A DNA stretch of 41,946 bases from a virus (lineage: Duplodnaviria; Caudoviricetes): IMG/VR virus record IMGVR_UViG_3300037751_000826, positions 1 through 41,946 of that record; one strand, 5' to 3'. The position numbers and the translations under genes were made by a program. Shown here piece by piece: positions 14,994-23,638 of the stretch (the first letter of the stretch is position 1; each line of letters opens with the position of its first letter). The notes under the pieces are model-generated. The model was not told where the DNA came from and made no database searches. It saw nothing but the letters and a program-made list of their open reading frames with translations.

Positions 14994-15290
14994 ATGCGTA
15001 CCTCAGCTCAGACAACCTCGATCGATTCCTACCACGCGCATCGCGGCCAGTCCGCCCAGCAGCGCAACCGCATCCTCAGCTTCATCAAGCAGCGCGGCGG
15101 CGACTGGAGCATCGGCGAGCTCGCGCAGGCGCTGACGCTCCAGAAGTCGACCGTGTCGGCGCGCGTGCACGAGCTGTTGAACGAGACCAAGGAGCTTGTC
15201 GAGCAACCACGGCGAAAGGACCGGCTGAGCGGAATCACGATCCGGCCGGTCGGGCTCCCTCCTGTCGGACAGGGGGAGCTCTTCAATTGA
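14994..15290 (+). CDS. Winged-HTH DNA-binding protein
   Basis: SIGELAQALTLQKSTVSARVHEL; ends QGELFN. Confidence 0.75.
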   Translation: MRTSAQTTSIDSYHAHRGQSAQQRNRILSFIKQRGGDWSIGELAQALTLQKSTVSARVHELLNETKELVEQPRRKDRLSGITIRPVGLPPVGQGELFN

Positions 15291-16147
15291 ACTACTACGA
15301 ACGCCACCTCGGTGACTACGCCAAGGACACCGCCCACCTGACGATGATCGAGCACGGGGCGTACAGCATCCTGCTCGATCGCTACTACGCCACCGAATGC
15401 GGCATCCCGGCCGACCAGGTGCACCGCCTCGCGCGAGCACGCACCCGGGAGGAAAAGCACGCAGTCGACTCCGTGCTGAGCGACTTCTTCGAGCTGGTCG
15501 ACGGCGTGTGGATCAACCACCGCGCCGAGGAAGAGATCGCCAAGGCACAAACCAAAATCAAAGCGGCGCAGCAAAACGGGAAGCGTGGCGGACGCCCACG
15601 GAAGAACCCAAACGAAACCGACGAGAAACCCACTGGGTTTTTGATGGGTTCCGAAAACGAAACCCAAGCGAAAGCTCACCAAGCACCAGACACCAGACAC
15701 CAGAGAAAACCTATAGCGAGCGCTAACGGTATATCCACGAGCGCCACCCCCGCGGGCACCGTATGCGCGCGCTTGATGGCAGAGGGAATCCAAGGCGTCA
15801 GCCCGCAGCACCCGAAGCTGCTCAGGCTGCTCGAGGACGGGCTGACCGTCGAGGAGATCGCATCGATCGGCCCGGAGGCAAAGGCCAAGGGCAAGGGCTT
15901 CGCGTGGATCCTCGCGGCAGCCGAAGGCCGGCGGCGCGACGCCGCGGCGACAGCAGCGCTGCCTGCCCTGCCCTCCGAGGAATGGTTCCTGTCGGCCTCA
16001 GGCATCGAGGCGAAAGCCGCCGAGCACGGCATCACCCAGCAGCGCGACGAAACCTTCCCAGCGTTCAAGGCCCGGGTCTACGAGGCTGCCGGCGTCACCG
16101 ACGACATGGTGCGCCGGGCCAAGATCGACCGCGGCGACCGGGCGTGA
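15287..16147 (+). CDS. DUF1376/YdaU-family replication initiator (O-like)
   Basis: MNYYERHLGDYAKDTAHL..EHGAY..LLDRYY and NGKRGGRP; TTG start; contains repeats. Confidence 0.85.
   Translation: MNYYERHLGDYAKDTAHLTMIEHGAYSILLDRYYATECGIPADQVHRLARARTREEKHAVDSVLSDFFELVDGVWINHRAEEEIAKAQTKIKAAQQNGKRGGRPRKNPNETDEKPTGFLMGSENETQAKAHQAPDTRHQRKPIASANGISTSATPAGTVCARLMAEGIQGVSPQHPKLLRLLEDGLTVEEIASIGPEAKAKGKGFAWILAAAEGRRRDAAATAALPALPSEEWFLSASGIEAKAAEHGITQQRDETFPAFKARVYEAAGVTDDMVRRAKIDRGDRA
15605..15704. repeat. Candidate replication origin (iterons) inside the initiator gene
   Basis: AACCCA/TGGGTT repeats including AAACCCA-C-TGGGTTT (15626-15640), then CACCAGA x3 (15684-15704), in an A-rich strand-biased stretch. 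Confidence 0.65.
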
Positions 16148-16360
16148 ATGTGCGGGCACCAGCCATGCGACAAGCCGAGCTGCACCTGGGGGGAGGCGCA
16201 CCGTCTGCAGTGCGAGGCCCGGCAGGTGATGCGCTGGGACCGCCTGACGCGCCTGGCGTACTACGCGGACGTGAAGAAGAAACGCGGGCAAGCCGCGGCA
16301 CAGCATCTCATCGAGGAGACGAAAAAACAATGGAACACCAGTCAGCAATCGCCTTTGTGA
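16148..16360 (+). CDS. Hypothetical protein
   Basis: ATG directly after the initiator stop; EAHRLQCEAR motif; overlaps the rusA start. Confidence 0.65.
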   Translation: MCGHQPCDKPSCTWGEAHRLQCEARQVMRWDRLTRLAYYADVKKKRGQAAAQHLIEETKKQWNTSQQSPL

Positions 16361-16758
16361 TCCCCGGCACGCCGGTCGGCAAGGGGCGGCCGAAGTTCGC
16401 ACGTCGCGGCGCATTCGTGACGACTTACACCCCGGAAAAGACCGCCAGCTACGAGAACCTGGTCAAGGTGAAAGCCGAGGAAGCGATGCGGGGACGAACC
16501 ATCATCGACGGCGCCGTTGCGGTTCAAATCTGCCTGTTCGTCACACCGCCGGCCAGCTGGTCGCTGAAGAAGCAACGGGCAGCGCTCGACCATCTGACCA
16601 TGCCAACGGCCAAGCCTGATGTGGATAACGTGATCAAGGGCATCTTCGATGCCATGAACGAGATCGTTTTTCGCGATGACAAGCAGGTCGTCGACCTGTC
16701 GGTGCAGAAGCGCTACGCGGAAACCGCGCGCGCTTTCGTCAAGGTCACTGCTCTATGA
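16330..16758 (+). CDS. rusA: RusA-family Holliday junction resolvase
   Basis: PVGKGRPKF, KPDVDN.IK..FDAMN, DDKQVV; GAGGAG upstream. Confidence 0.9.
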   Translation: MEHQSAIAFVIPGTPVGKGRPKFARRGAFVTTYTPEKTASYENLVKVKAEEAMRGRTIIDGAVAVQICLFVTPPASWSLKKQRAALDHLTMPTAKPDVDNVIKGIFDAMNEIVFRDDKQVVDLSVQKRYAETARAFVKVTAL

Positions 16759-17006
16759 GTGGCGCCGGCGAACGCGAGATCCCTTCCCGCCTGGTGTTCC
16801 GCGACCCGCTGGAGATCCTGCTGGCCGAGGAAGCCAGAACGTGCAGGGGATGCGCCAGCGAGCACACGGAGACGATCTGGGGGAAGCCGATCACGATCTG
16901 CACGGCAAAGGACAACAAGGGAAAGCGCCGCAACCACGGGCGCCGCTGCAAGGCTTATCAGGAGGAGAAAATTCAGAATGGACAACCAAGCCACATCACG
17001 GGTTGA
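16755..17006 (+). CDS. Hypothetical Cys-rich protein
   Basis: ATGA overlap with rusA; CRGC...C...C. Confidence 0.6.
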   Translation: MSGAGEREIPSRLVFRDPLEILLAEEARTCRGCASEHTETIWGKPITICTAKDNKGKRRNHGRRCKAYQEEKIQNGQPSHITG

Positions 17007-17511
17007 AGCGGAGCCGCTGTTCGACAGCACCTATGCCGCGCTGGCTTTCGCCTTCCGGTACAGCACCCAGCAGTACCAGCCCACGCCGATGGCGCGCATG
17101 ATGCGCGGGTCGATCGGAAGCGGCAAGGGTCTGCACGGGCTCGACGGCGCCGCCCAAGCCGGCATCATCCGGGCGGAGGTGGAACAGATTCGGGAGTTCG
17201 AGCGCTGCGCCATCATCGCCCGCTTCGCCGTGGATGACCGCGAGGGCCTGTCGGCGAAGATCAGGCTCATCCAGCCTGCCACGGCCTCACTTGGCACCGG
17301 CGTGCACAGTCGCCGGCTGGTGGACGCCCTGGTTCAGCGCTACTACGGCAAGCGCGTCCACCTCAAAGACCTGTCCGAGATGGTCGGCATTCATCCGAAC
17401 ACAATGACCGACCGATGGCGCTGCATCCGGCGCGTGCTGACCGAGATCGAGCACCGCGCGATGGACATGGCGGAGCTGAGATTGCAGCAGGCTGAGCTGG
17501 TCCCTTGGTGA
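16978..17511 (+). CDS. Probable late-gene antiterminator (Q-like) / regulator
   Basis: GGAGGAG SD; C-terminal HTH LKDLSEMVGIHPNTM; immediately upstream of a promoter-terminator pair. Confidence 0.65.
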   Translation: MDNQATSRVEAEPLFDSTYAALAFAFRYSTQQYQPTPMARMMRGSIGSGKGLHGLDGAAQAGIIRAEVEQIREFERCAIIARFAVDDREGLSAKIRLIQPATASLGTGVHSRRLVDALVQRYYGKRVHLKDLSEMVGIHPNTMTDRWRCIRRVLTEIEHRAMDMAELRLQQAELVPW

Positions 17512-17518
17512 AAAAATC

Positions 17519-17546
17519 TTGACTTGTGATTTTTTCCCGCCAGAAT
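17519..17546 (+). promoter_or_regulatory. PR'-like late promoter
   Basis: TTGACT, 16 bp, CAGAAT directly after the Q-like gene. Confidence 0.6.
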
Positions 17547-17578
17547 GCATGAAATCAATACGGTGAATAACTCACCCC

Positions 17579-17612
17579 AAAGCCCGGACCCGCTCAGCGA
17601 CCGGGCTTTTTT
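17579..17612 (+). terminator. tR'-like intrinsic terminator
   Basis: AGCCCGG...CCGGGCT followed by a T tract. Confidence 0.75.
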
Positions 17613-17709
17613 GTTGCCCTTGTCTCCTCCTCCGTTCCTTATGGCGCGGACCTTTCCGGCTGATCGACGTCTGATCGGCCGGAGTTTTATTCCGGGTAGT
17701 AAAAGCCTC

Positions 17710-19131
17710 ATGAGCGAATTGCGGATCACGTCACGAAAGGTGGACGACCTGATCCCCTACGCCCGCAATTCGCGAACGCACTCGCCCTCCCAGGTCGCGC
17801 AGATCGCCGCGAGCATCCGCGAGTTCGGATGGACAAACCCCATCCTGGTCGATGGCGAGAACGGCATCATCGCCGGCCACGGCCGCGTGCTGGCAGCACG
17901 CAAGCTCAACGTCGACGAGGTGCCGGTCATCGAGCTGGCCCACATGACGGAGGCGCAGAAGCGCGCCTACATCATCGCGGACAACAAGCTGGCCGAGCAG
18001 GCTGGCTGGGATTCCGAACTGCTGGCGCTCGAGCTGGGCGAGCTGCATGGCTTGGGCTTCGATCTGGATCTGCTGGGCTTCGGCGATGCCGAGCTGGGCG
18101 ACCTGCTGAACCTTAACGACGGCACCGAGAGCGCGGCCACCGAGGCGCGCGCAACGCTGGCCGAGCGCTTCATAATCGCCCCCTTCACTGTGCTGGATGC
18201 CCGGCGCGGCTGGTGGCAGGAACGCAAGCGCGCCTGGCTGGCGATGGGGCTGCGCTCGGAGACCGGGCGCGACGAGCTGCTGACGTTCTCGCAGTCCTCG
18301 CAGCCGCCGGCCGTGTACGAGGCCAAGAACCGCTACGAGGCGAAGATCGGGCGCGAGGTATCGTGGGACGAGTTCTTCGCCGCCAACCCGGACACCAGGG
18401 CGCAGACCGGCACCAGCATCTTCGACCCGGTGCTGTGCGAGCTGGCCTATCGGTGGTTCTCCCCTGCCGGCGGCGTGATCCTGGACCCGTTCTCGGGCGG
18501 ATCGGTGCGCGGCATCGTGGCAGCCAAGACGGGCCGCCCGTACGTTGGCTGCGACCTGCGGCCGGAACAGGTTGAAGCCAACCGCGAACAGTGGGGCGGC
18601 CTCGGTGACGACGAGTCGCCCGCGCCGGCGTGGCACTGCGGCGACAGCCGGCAGATCGATCAGCATTGCGCCGGCGTGGAAGCGGACATGGTGTTTTCCT
18701 GCCCGCCGTATGCCGACCTGGAGGTCTACTCCGACCGCCCGGACGATCTGTCGAACATGGGCTATCCAGAGTTCGTCGCGGCCTACCGCGAAATCATCGC
18801 CAAGGCCGTGGCCATGCTGAAGCCTGACCGCTTCGCTTGCTTCGTGGTTGGTGAGGTACGGGGCAAGGACGGCATCTATCGGAACTTCGTGGGCGACACC
18901 ATCGCCGCCTTCGAGGACGCCGGCGCGCGGTACTACAACGAGGCCGTGCTGATCACGGCAACCGGATCACTGGCCATCCGCGCCGGCAAGCAATTCAGCG
19001 TGAGCCGCAAGCTCGGCAAAACACACCAGAACGTGCTGGTGTTTGTGAAGGGCGACCCGCGCAAGGCCACCGAGGCCTGCGGTGTGGTCGAAGTCGACGA
19101 AAGCCTATTCGAGGCGGAAGCGGTCGAGTAA
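17710..19131 (+). CDS. ParB-like N-terminal domain fused to an amino-DNA methyltransferase
   Basis: LIPYARNSRTH, IIAGHGR, IADNK (ParB/Srx); LDPFSGG motif I; FSCPPY motif IV variant. Confidence 0.88.
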   Translation: MSELRITSRKVDDLIPYARNSRTHSPSQVAQIAASIREFGWTNPILVDGENGIIAGHGRVLAARKLNVDEVPVIELAHMTEAQKRAYIIADNKLAEQAGWDSELLALELGELHGLGFDLDLLGFGDAELGDLLNLNDGTESAATEARATLAERFIIAPFTVLDARRGWWQERKRAWLAMGLRSETGRDELLTFSQSSQPPAVYEAKNRYEAKIGREVSWDEFFAANPDTRAQTGTSIFDPVLCELAYRWFSPAGGVILDPFSGGSVRGIVAAKTGRPYVGCDLRPEQVEANREQWGGLGDDESPAPAWHCGDSRQIDQHCAGVEADMVFSCPPYADLEVYSDRPDDLSNMGYPEFVAAYREIIAKAVAMLKPDRFACFVVGEVRGKDGIYRNFVGDTIAAFEDAGARYYNEAVLITATGSLAIRAGKQFSVSRKLGKTHQNVLVFVKGDPRKATEACGVVEVDESLFEAEAVE

Positions 19132-19341
19132 GGCGGCGCGGCCGGCGTCTTTCATGGCATCGATGTCCTTACCGAGCTGGGCGTAGAAGCGCGGGTTGGT
19201 GTAGGCGCCGTGGGCGTCGAGGATCGCGCCGCGGTGCTGATCCAGACGGGGGAACCGCGCAGCGATGCGAATTGCTTCCTGCCAGCGTCCAGCGGTCATG
19301 TGTTCCTTGACGATCGAGGCTTTCGAGCGAGGTTTGTCCAT
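19105..19341 (-). CDS. Counter-oriented 78-aa hypothetical protein
   Basis: GGAG SD, ATG 19341; overlaps the 3' end of the MTase gene by 27 bp. Confidence 0.65.
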   Translation of the reverse strand: MDKPRSKASIVKEHMTAGRWQEAIRIAARFPRLDQHRGAILDAHGAYTNPRFYAQLGKDIDAMKDAGRAALLDRFRLE

Positions 19342-19496
19342 TTTCGTGTCTCCAGGTAATTGCGGCGCGGGCCTCTGGCCAGAGATGCCCCGCCGCGCGC
19401 CGTGGCGTTTGCAGTTTTGAGCCCACCAAAGCCACGGTTCAAACAGGCTGGCTTGGACTGTAAGGAGACGACGCACGACTTCAAGGGCAAAAGCAC

Positions 19497-19907
19497 ATGG
19501 CACGACCTTCTTTCGAACCGACCCCTGAGCAGCGCGACATAGTCGAACAGCTGGCCGCCTTCGGCATTCCGCAACCGGACATCGCAAACTTCGTGAAGGG
19601 CAAGAACGGCAAGCCGATCACCGAGCGCACCCTGCGCAAGTACTTCCGGACGGAACTCGACGGCGGATCGGTGAAGGCCAACGTCAAAGTCGCCAAGGGC
19701 CTGTTCAAGAACGCGGTCACGCCAACCGAGACTCACCCGGGCGGCAACCCGACGTCGCAGATTTTCTGGCTGAAGACCCGGGCCGGATGGAAGGAGTCGC
19801 CGAAGCCGCTTGAGCTCACCGGAAAGGACGGCGCGCCGATCGAGCACGCCGACATGACGCCTGGCGAGTTCCGCAAGATCGCCCAGCAGATCGTCGACGA
19901 TGTATGA
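19497..19907 (+). CDS. terS: Terminase small subunit
   Basis: HTH TLRKYFRTEL, IFWLKTRAGW, ELTGKDG; ATGA overlap with terL. Confidence 0.85.
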   Translation: MARPSFEPTPEQRDIVEQLAAFGIPQPDIANFVKGKNGKPITERTLRKYFRTELDGGSVKANVKVAKGLFKNAVTPTETHPGGNPTSQIFWLKTRAGWKESPKPLELTGKDGAPIEHADMTPGEFRKIAQQIVDDV

Positions 19908-21355
19908 CGCCGAAGGAAAGGCGAGTCGCCGCGGAGCTCGCGCGGACTGACCTGTACTTCTTCTCTCGCTGGATGTTCCAGCAGCGACGCGGCTACAAGT
20001 GGAAGCGAGCCGTTCATCACAAGATCGTCTGTGATGCGCTCATGCGGGTGTTTCGGGGAGAGACGAAGCGGCTGATCATCAACATCCCGCCACGCTACTC
20101 GAAGACCGAACTGGCGGTGGTGAACTTCATCGCCTGGTCGATGGGGCAGGTGCCGGATGCCGAGTTCATCCACACCAGCTATGCGGCACCGCTCGCCGTG
20201 AACAACAGCGTGCAGGTGCGCGCGATGGTGCAGCACGAAGCCTACGCGGAAATCTTCCCGCGCTGCCGGATCGCCAGCGACGCCAAGGCGCACTGGACGA
20301 CCAGCGATGCGGGCGTGATGTACGCTACCGGAACCGGTGGCACTATCACAGGCTTCGGCGCTGGCAAAGACCGGGCGGGGTTCGGCGGCGCGATCATCAT
20401 CGACGACCCGCACAAGGCCGACGAGGCACGCAGTGACGTGGTGCGCCAGAGCGTGATCGACTGGTTCCAGACGACGCTGGAGAGCCGGAAGAACAGCCAG
20501 GACACGCCGATCATCCTGATCATGCAGCGTCTACATGAGCGCGATTTGTCAGGTTGGTTGCTCGGGGACCGAAGCGAGAAAACCGGATCGAAGGGTAAAC
20601 CGATCCCGGGCGGCAACGGAGAGGTTTGGGATCACGTCTGCCTGTCGGCCATCCAGGACGACGGCACGGCGCTTTGGCCGGAGAAACACGGCATCGAGAC
20701 GCTGCTCCGGATGGAGATGGCGGCGCCCTACGTGTTCGCTGGCCAGTACCGGCAGCGCCCGGCCCCGCTCGATGGCGGCCTGTTCAAGCCCGGCAAGATC
20801 GAAACAATCGACGCAATCCCGGCTGGTCCTATCCGCTGGGTGCGCGGCTGGGACTTGGCGAGCACCACCGACGGCGACTGGACCGCCGGCGCGAAGCTCG
20901 GTCAGCTCGAAGACGGGCGCTACCTAATCGCGAACATGGAGCGCGAGCGATTCGGCCCCGACGAGCGCGACGCGCTGATCAAGAACACTGCAGCCCGCGA
21001 CGGCAGGCTGACGCACGTCAGCCTGCCCCAGGACCCCGGCCAAGCCGGCAAGACCCAAGCGCTCTACCTCACGCGCAAGCTCGCCGGCTACGCCGTGACG
21101 ACCTCGCCAGAATCGGGGGACAAGGTGACACGTGCCGAGCCCTTCGCCTCGCAGGTCAACGTCGGCAACGTGCTGATGCTGCGCGGCAGCTGGAACGACG
21201 CCATGATCGAGGAAATGCGGACCTTCCCAAACGGCACGCACGACGACCAGATCGATGCACTCTCGCGAGGCTTCGAGCACCTGATCGGCGGCAACACGGG
21301 GATGCTCGACTACATCAGAACTCTTGGCCCTGCCGCTAAGAGCGCAGGCACCTAA
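19904..21355 (+). CDS. terL: Terminase large subunit
   Basis: INIPPRYSKT Walker A, IIIDDP Walker B, MQRLH, GWDLA and HDDQIDA nuclease motifs. Confidence 0.95.
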   Translation: MTPKERRVAAELARTDLYFFSRWMFQQRRGYKWKRAVHHKIVCDALMRVFRGETKRLIINIPPRYSKTELAVVNFIAWSMGQVPDAEFIHTSYAAPLAVNNSVQVRAMVQHEAYAEIFPRCRIASDAKAHWTTSDAGVMYATGTGGTITGFGAGKDRAGFGGAIIIDDPHKADEARSDVVRQSVIDWFQTTLESRKNSQDTPIILIMQRLHERDLSGWLLGDRSEKTGSKGKPIPGGNGEVWDHVCLSAIQDDGTALWPEKHGIETLLRMEMAAPYVFAGQYRQRPAPLDGGLFKPGKIETIDAIPAGPIRWVRGWDLASTTDGDWTAGAKLGQLEDGRYLIANMERERFGPDERDALIKNTAARDGRLTHVSLPQDPGQAGKTQALYLTRKLAGYAVTTSPESGDKVTRAEPFASQVNVGNVLMLRGSWNDAMIEEMRTFPNGTHDDQIDALSRGFEHLIGGNTGMLDYIRTLGPAAKSAGT

Positions 21356-21378
21356 CCGCCGTTTTTTGACGACCCAAT

Positions 21379-23574
21379 ATGCCCGACCGCAAATTTCTAG
21401 ACTCCGGCCTCGTTGCCCGCGTCGCCGCCGGCATGCGCTACGCGCTGACCGGAAACGCGCCCCAGGAGTGGTTCGGGCCGATGACGCCGCCGACCCCCGC
21501 AGTCGCCCCTGCAAATGCGGAATCCGCTGGCGTGGCGGGGCGCCGGTTCGACTATCGTACCGGGATCAACGTCGACTTTCGTCCTCGCAGTGGCGAAGCC
21601 GTCGGCTTTCCGGAGTTGCGCGCCTTCGCCGATAACTTCGACCTGCTGCGCCTGGTGATCGAGACCCGAAAGGATCAACTGTGTGCATCCCAGTGGGTCG
21701 TCCAGCCCCGCGGCGACAAGACCAAGGCCGACGCGCGGTGCGACGAGGCGATGCAATTCCTCCGGATGCCAGACGGAGAGCACGGCTGGGAAGACTGGCT
21801 GCGCATGCTGCTGGAAGACCTGTTTGTGATCGACGCGCCGACGATCTACGTCCGCAAGACACGCGGCGGAAAGCTGTATGCCCTCGAGCCGATCGACGGC
21901 TCGACGATCAAGCGCGTGATCGACGCGACTGGCCGGACACCGATTGAGGGCCCTGCCTACCAGCAGATCCTCAAGGGCGTGCCCGCAGTGGACTACACCC
22001 GCGACGAACTGATCTACAAGCCGCGCAACCTGCGCACGAACAAGGTCTACGGCTACAGCCCGGTCGAGCAGATCATCAACACGGTGAACATCGGCCTGCG
22101 TCGCCAGCTCATGACGACGAACTACTTCACCGAGGGCACAGTGCCCGATGCGCTGGCCGGAGTGCCGGAAAGCTGGACGGTCGAGCAGATCAAGGTTTTC
22201 CAGCAGTACTGGGACGACCTGCTGTCGGACGACATGGCGAGCCGCCGCAAGCTGAAATTCGTGCCCGGCGAAATCGCGAAGAACTTCCACGAGACGAAGC
22301 AGCCGCCGCTGAAGGATCTGTTCGACGAGTGGCTGGCGCGCATCGTCTGCTACTGCTTCAGCATCGACGTGACGCCTTTCGTCGCCCAGGTCAACCGCTC
22401 GGTGGCGGAGACGAACCGCGAGCAGAGCCTGGCCGAGGGGCGCGCCCCGATCGAGCAGTGGGTGAAGTCGCTGGTCGACATGACGCTGGCCAAGCACCTC
22501 GGATGGGCCGATCTCGAGTTCGTGTGGCAGGAAGGCGAGATCGTCGACCCGATCAAGCGTGCCGAGCGCCACAAGCTCTACGTCGAGGCCAAGGTGCTGC
22601 ACCCCGACGAGGTGCGCGCCGAGCTCGGCAAACCGCCCCTGACGCCGGAGCAAAAGACCGACATGAGCCCGCCCCCGCCAGCGCAGTTGGCCGGCCCAGA
22701 TGATGGCGACGACCAGGATCAGACTGGCGACGCCGGCAAAAAGGATGACAAGGCGGTGAAGTACGCCGCCGCGACACCCGGTAAAAAAAAAGCCCTGAAG
22801 CCGATCGACCGGGAGCGGCCCACAGTCACGAAGGCTGCGGCCGCCATCCAGAAAGCCGCCCTCGCCTCCTTTAACGAGATCCGCGGTTCGGTCGCTGCGC
22901 AGCTCGGAGCAGCCCTGAACGGTACCGCCAAGGCGGACAGCGCCGCGGATGATGAAGAAGTCGTGACGGACATCATCGACTCCCTCGACCTGGGCGACTG
23001 GGCGCTGCTGGCCACTGTGCTGGGCCCGGAGCTGGAAGCCCTCTACCTTGAGGCCGTCAAGCAGGCCGCCCAGCAGATCGGCATGAAGCTCTCGGTCGAT
23101 GCATTGAACCTGGCCAACGAGCACGCGATCGAGTTTGCGCGCCAGCGCGCAGCCGAGATGGTCGGAATGAAGTGGGTGAACGGCGACCTGGTACCGAATC
23201 CGGACGCACAGTGGCGCATCGACGAAGGCACGCGCGAGATGCTGCGCGGTGACGTGCGCCGGGCCCTGCAGGAAGGTTGGGGCAATGACCAAATCGCCGA
23301 TGCCATGGCCGACAGCTACGCCTTCTCCGAAAAGCGCGCGCTCGTGATCGCGCGCACCGAGACTGCCCGCGCCGACGTCGAAGGGAACCTGACCGGGTAC
23401 CGCGAGTTGGGCATCGTGCGGAAGCAGTGGCTCACAGCGCCGGCTTGCTGCGACGCGTGCCACGCGATCGACGGCATGGTGGTCGGAATCGATGAAGCGT
23501 TCACCGGTGGCGTGCAGGGCGCCCCGCTGCACCCGAACTGCCGCTGCGATGTTTTACCCGTCACTGACAACTGA
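21379..23574 (+). CDS. Portal protein fused to SPP1 gp7/Mu F-like head morphogenesis domain
   Basis: Portal motifs (YGYSPVE, DEVRAELGKPP), Pro/acidic linker, then IARTETA, KQW, CDAC, PLHPNCRC. Confidence 0.9.
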   Translation: MPDRKFLDSGLVARVAAGMRYALTGNAPQEWFGPMTPPTPAVAPANAESAGVAGRRFDYRTGINVDFRPRSGEAVGFPELRAFADNFDLLRLVIETRKDQLCASQWVVQPRGDKTKADARCDEAMQFLRMPDGEHGWEDWLRMLLEDLFVIDAPTIYVRKTRGGKLYALEPIDGSTIKRVIDATGRTPIEGPAYQQILKGVPAVDYTRDELIYKPRNLRTNKVYGYSPVEQIINTVNIGLRRQLMTTNYFTEGTVPDALAGVPESWTVEQIKVFQQYWDDLLSDDMASRRKLKFVPGEIAKNFHETKQPPLKDLFDEWLARIVCYCFSIDVTPFVAQVNRSVAETNREQSLAEGRAPIEQWVKSLVDMTLAKHLGWADLEFVWQEGEIVDPIKRAERHKLYVEAKVLHPDEVRAELGKPPLTPEQKTDMSPPPPAQLAGPDDGDDQDQTGDAGKKDDKAVKYAAATPGKKKALKPIDRERPTVTKAAAAIQKAALASFNEIRGSVAAQLGAALNGTAKADSAADDEEVVTDIIDSLDLGDWALLATVLGPELEALYLEAVKQAAQQIGMKLSVDALNLANEHAIEFARQRAAEMVGMKWVNGDLVPNPDAQWRIDEGTREMLRGDVRRALQEGWGNDQIADAMADSYAFSEKRALVIARTETARADVEGNLTGYRELGIVRKQWLTAPACCDACHAIDGMVVGIDEAFTGGVQGAPLHPNCRCDVLPVTDN

Positions 23575-23638
23575 GCCCATAGGCAACCACGAACAGGCCC
23601 GCACGACGCGGACTTTTTCTTTTCTGGAGATCCACACA

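Noticed and set aside
15763-16329. Long N-terminal extensions on RusA (also on DUF2163, cI, ssb and the Q-like gene)
   Set aside because: They overlap other real genes; internal starts fit the families better.
20565-20615. Intein or intron in terL
   Set aside because: Only a short Gly/Lys-rich loop insertion; no splicing motifs and the frame is intact.
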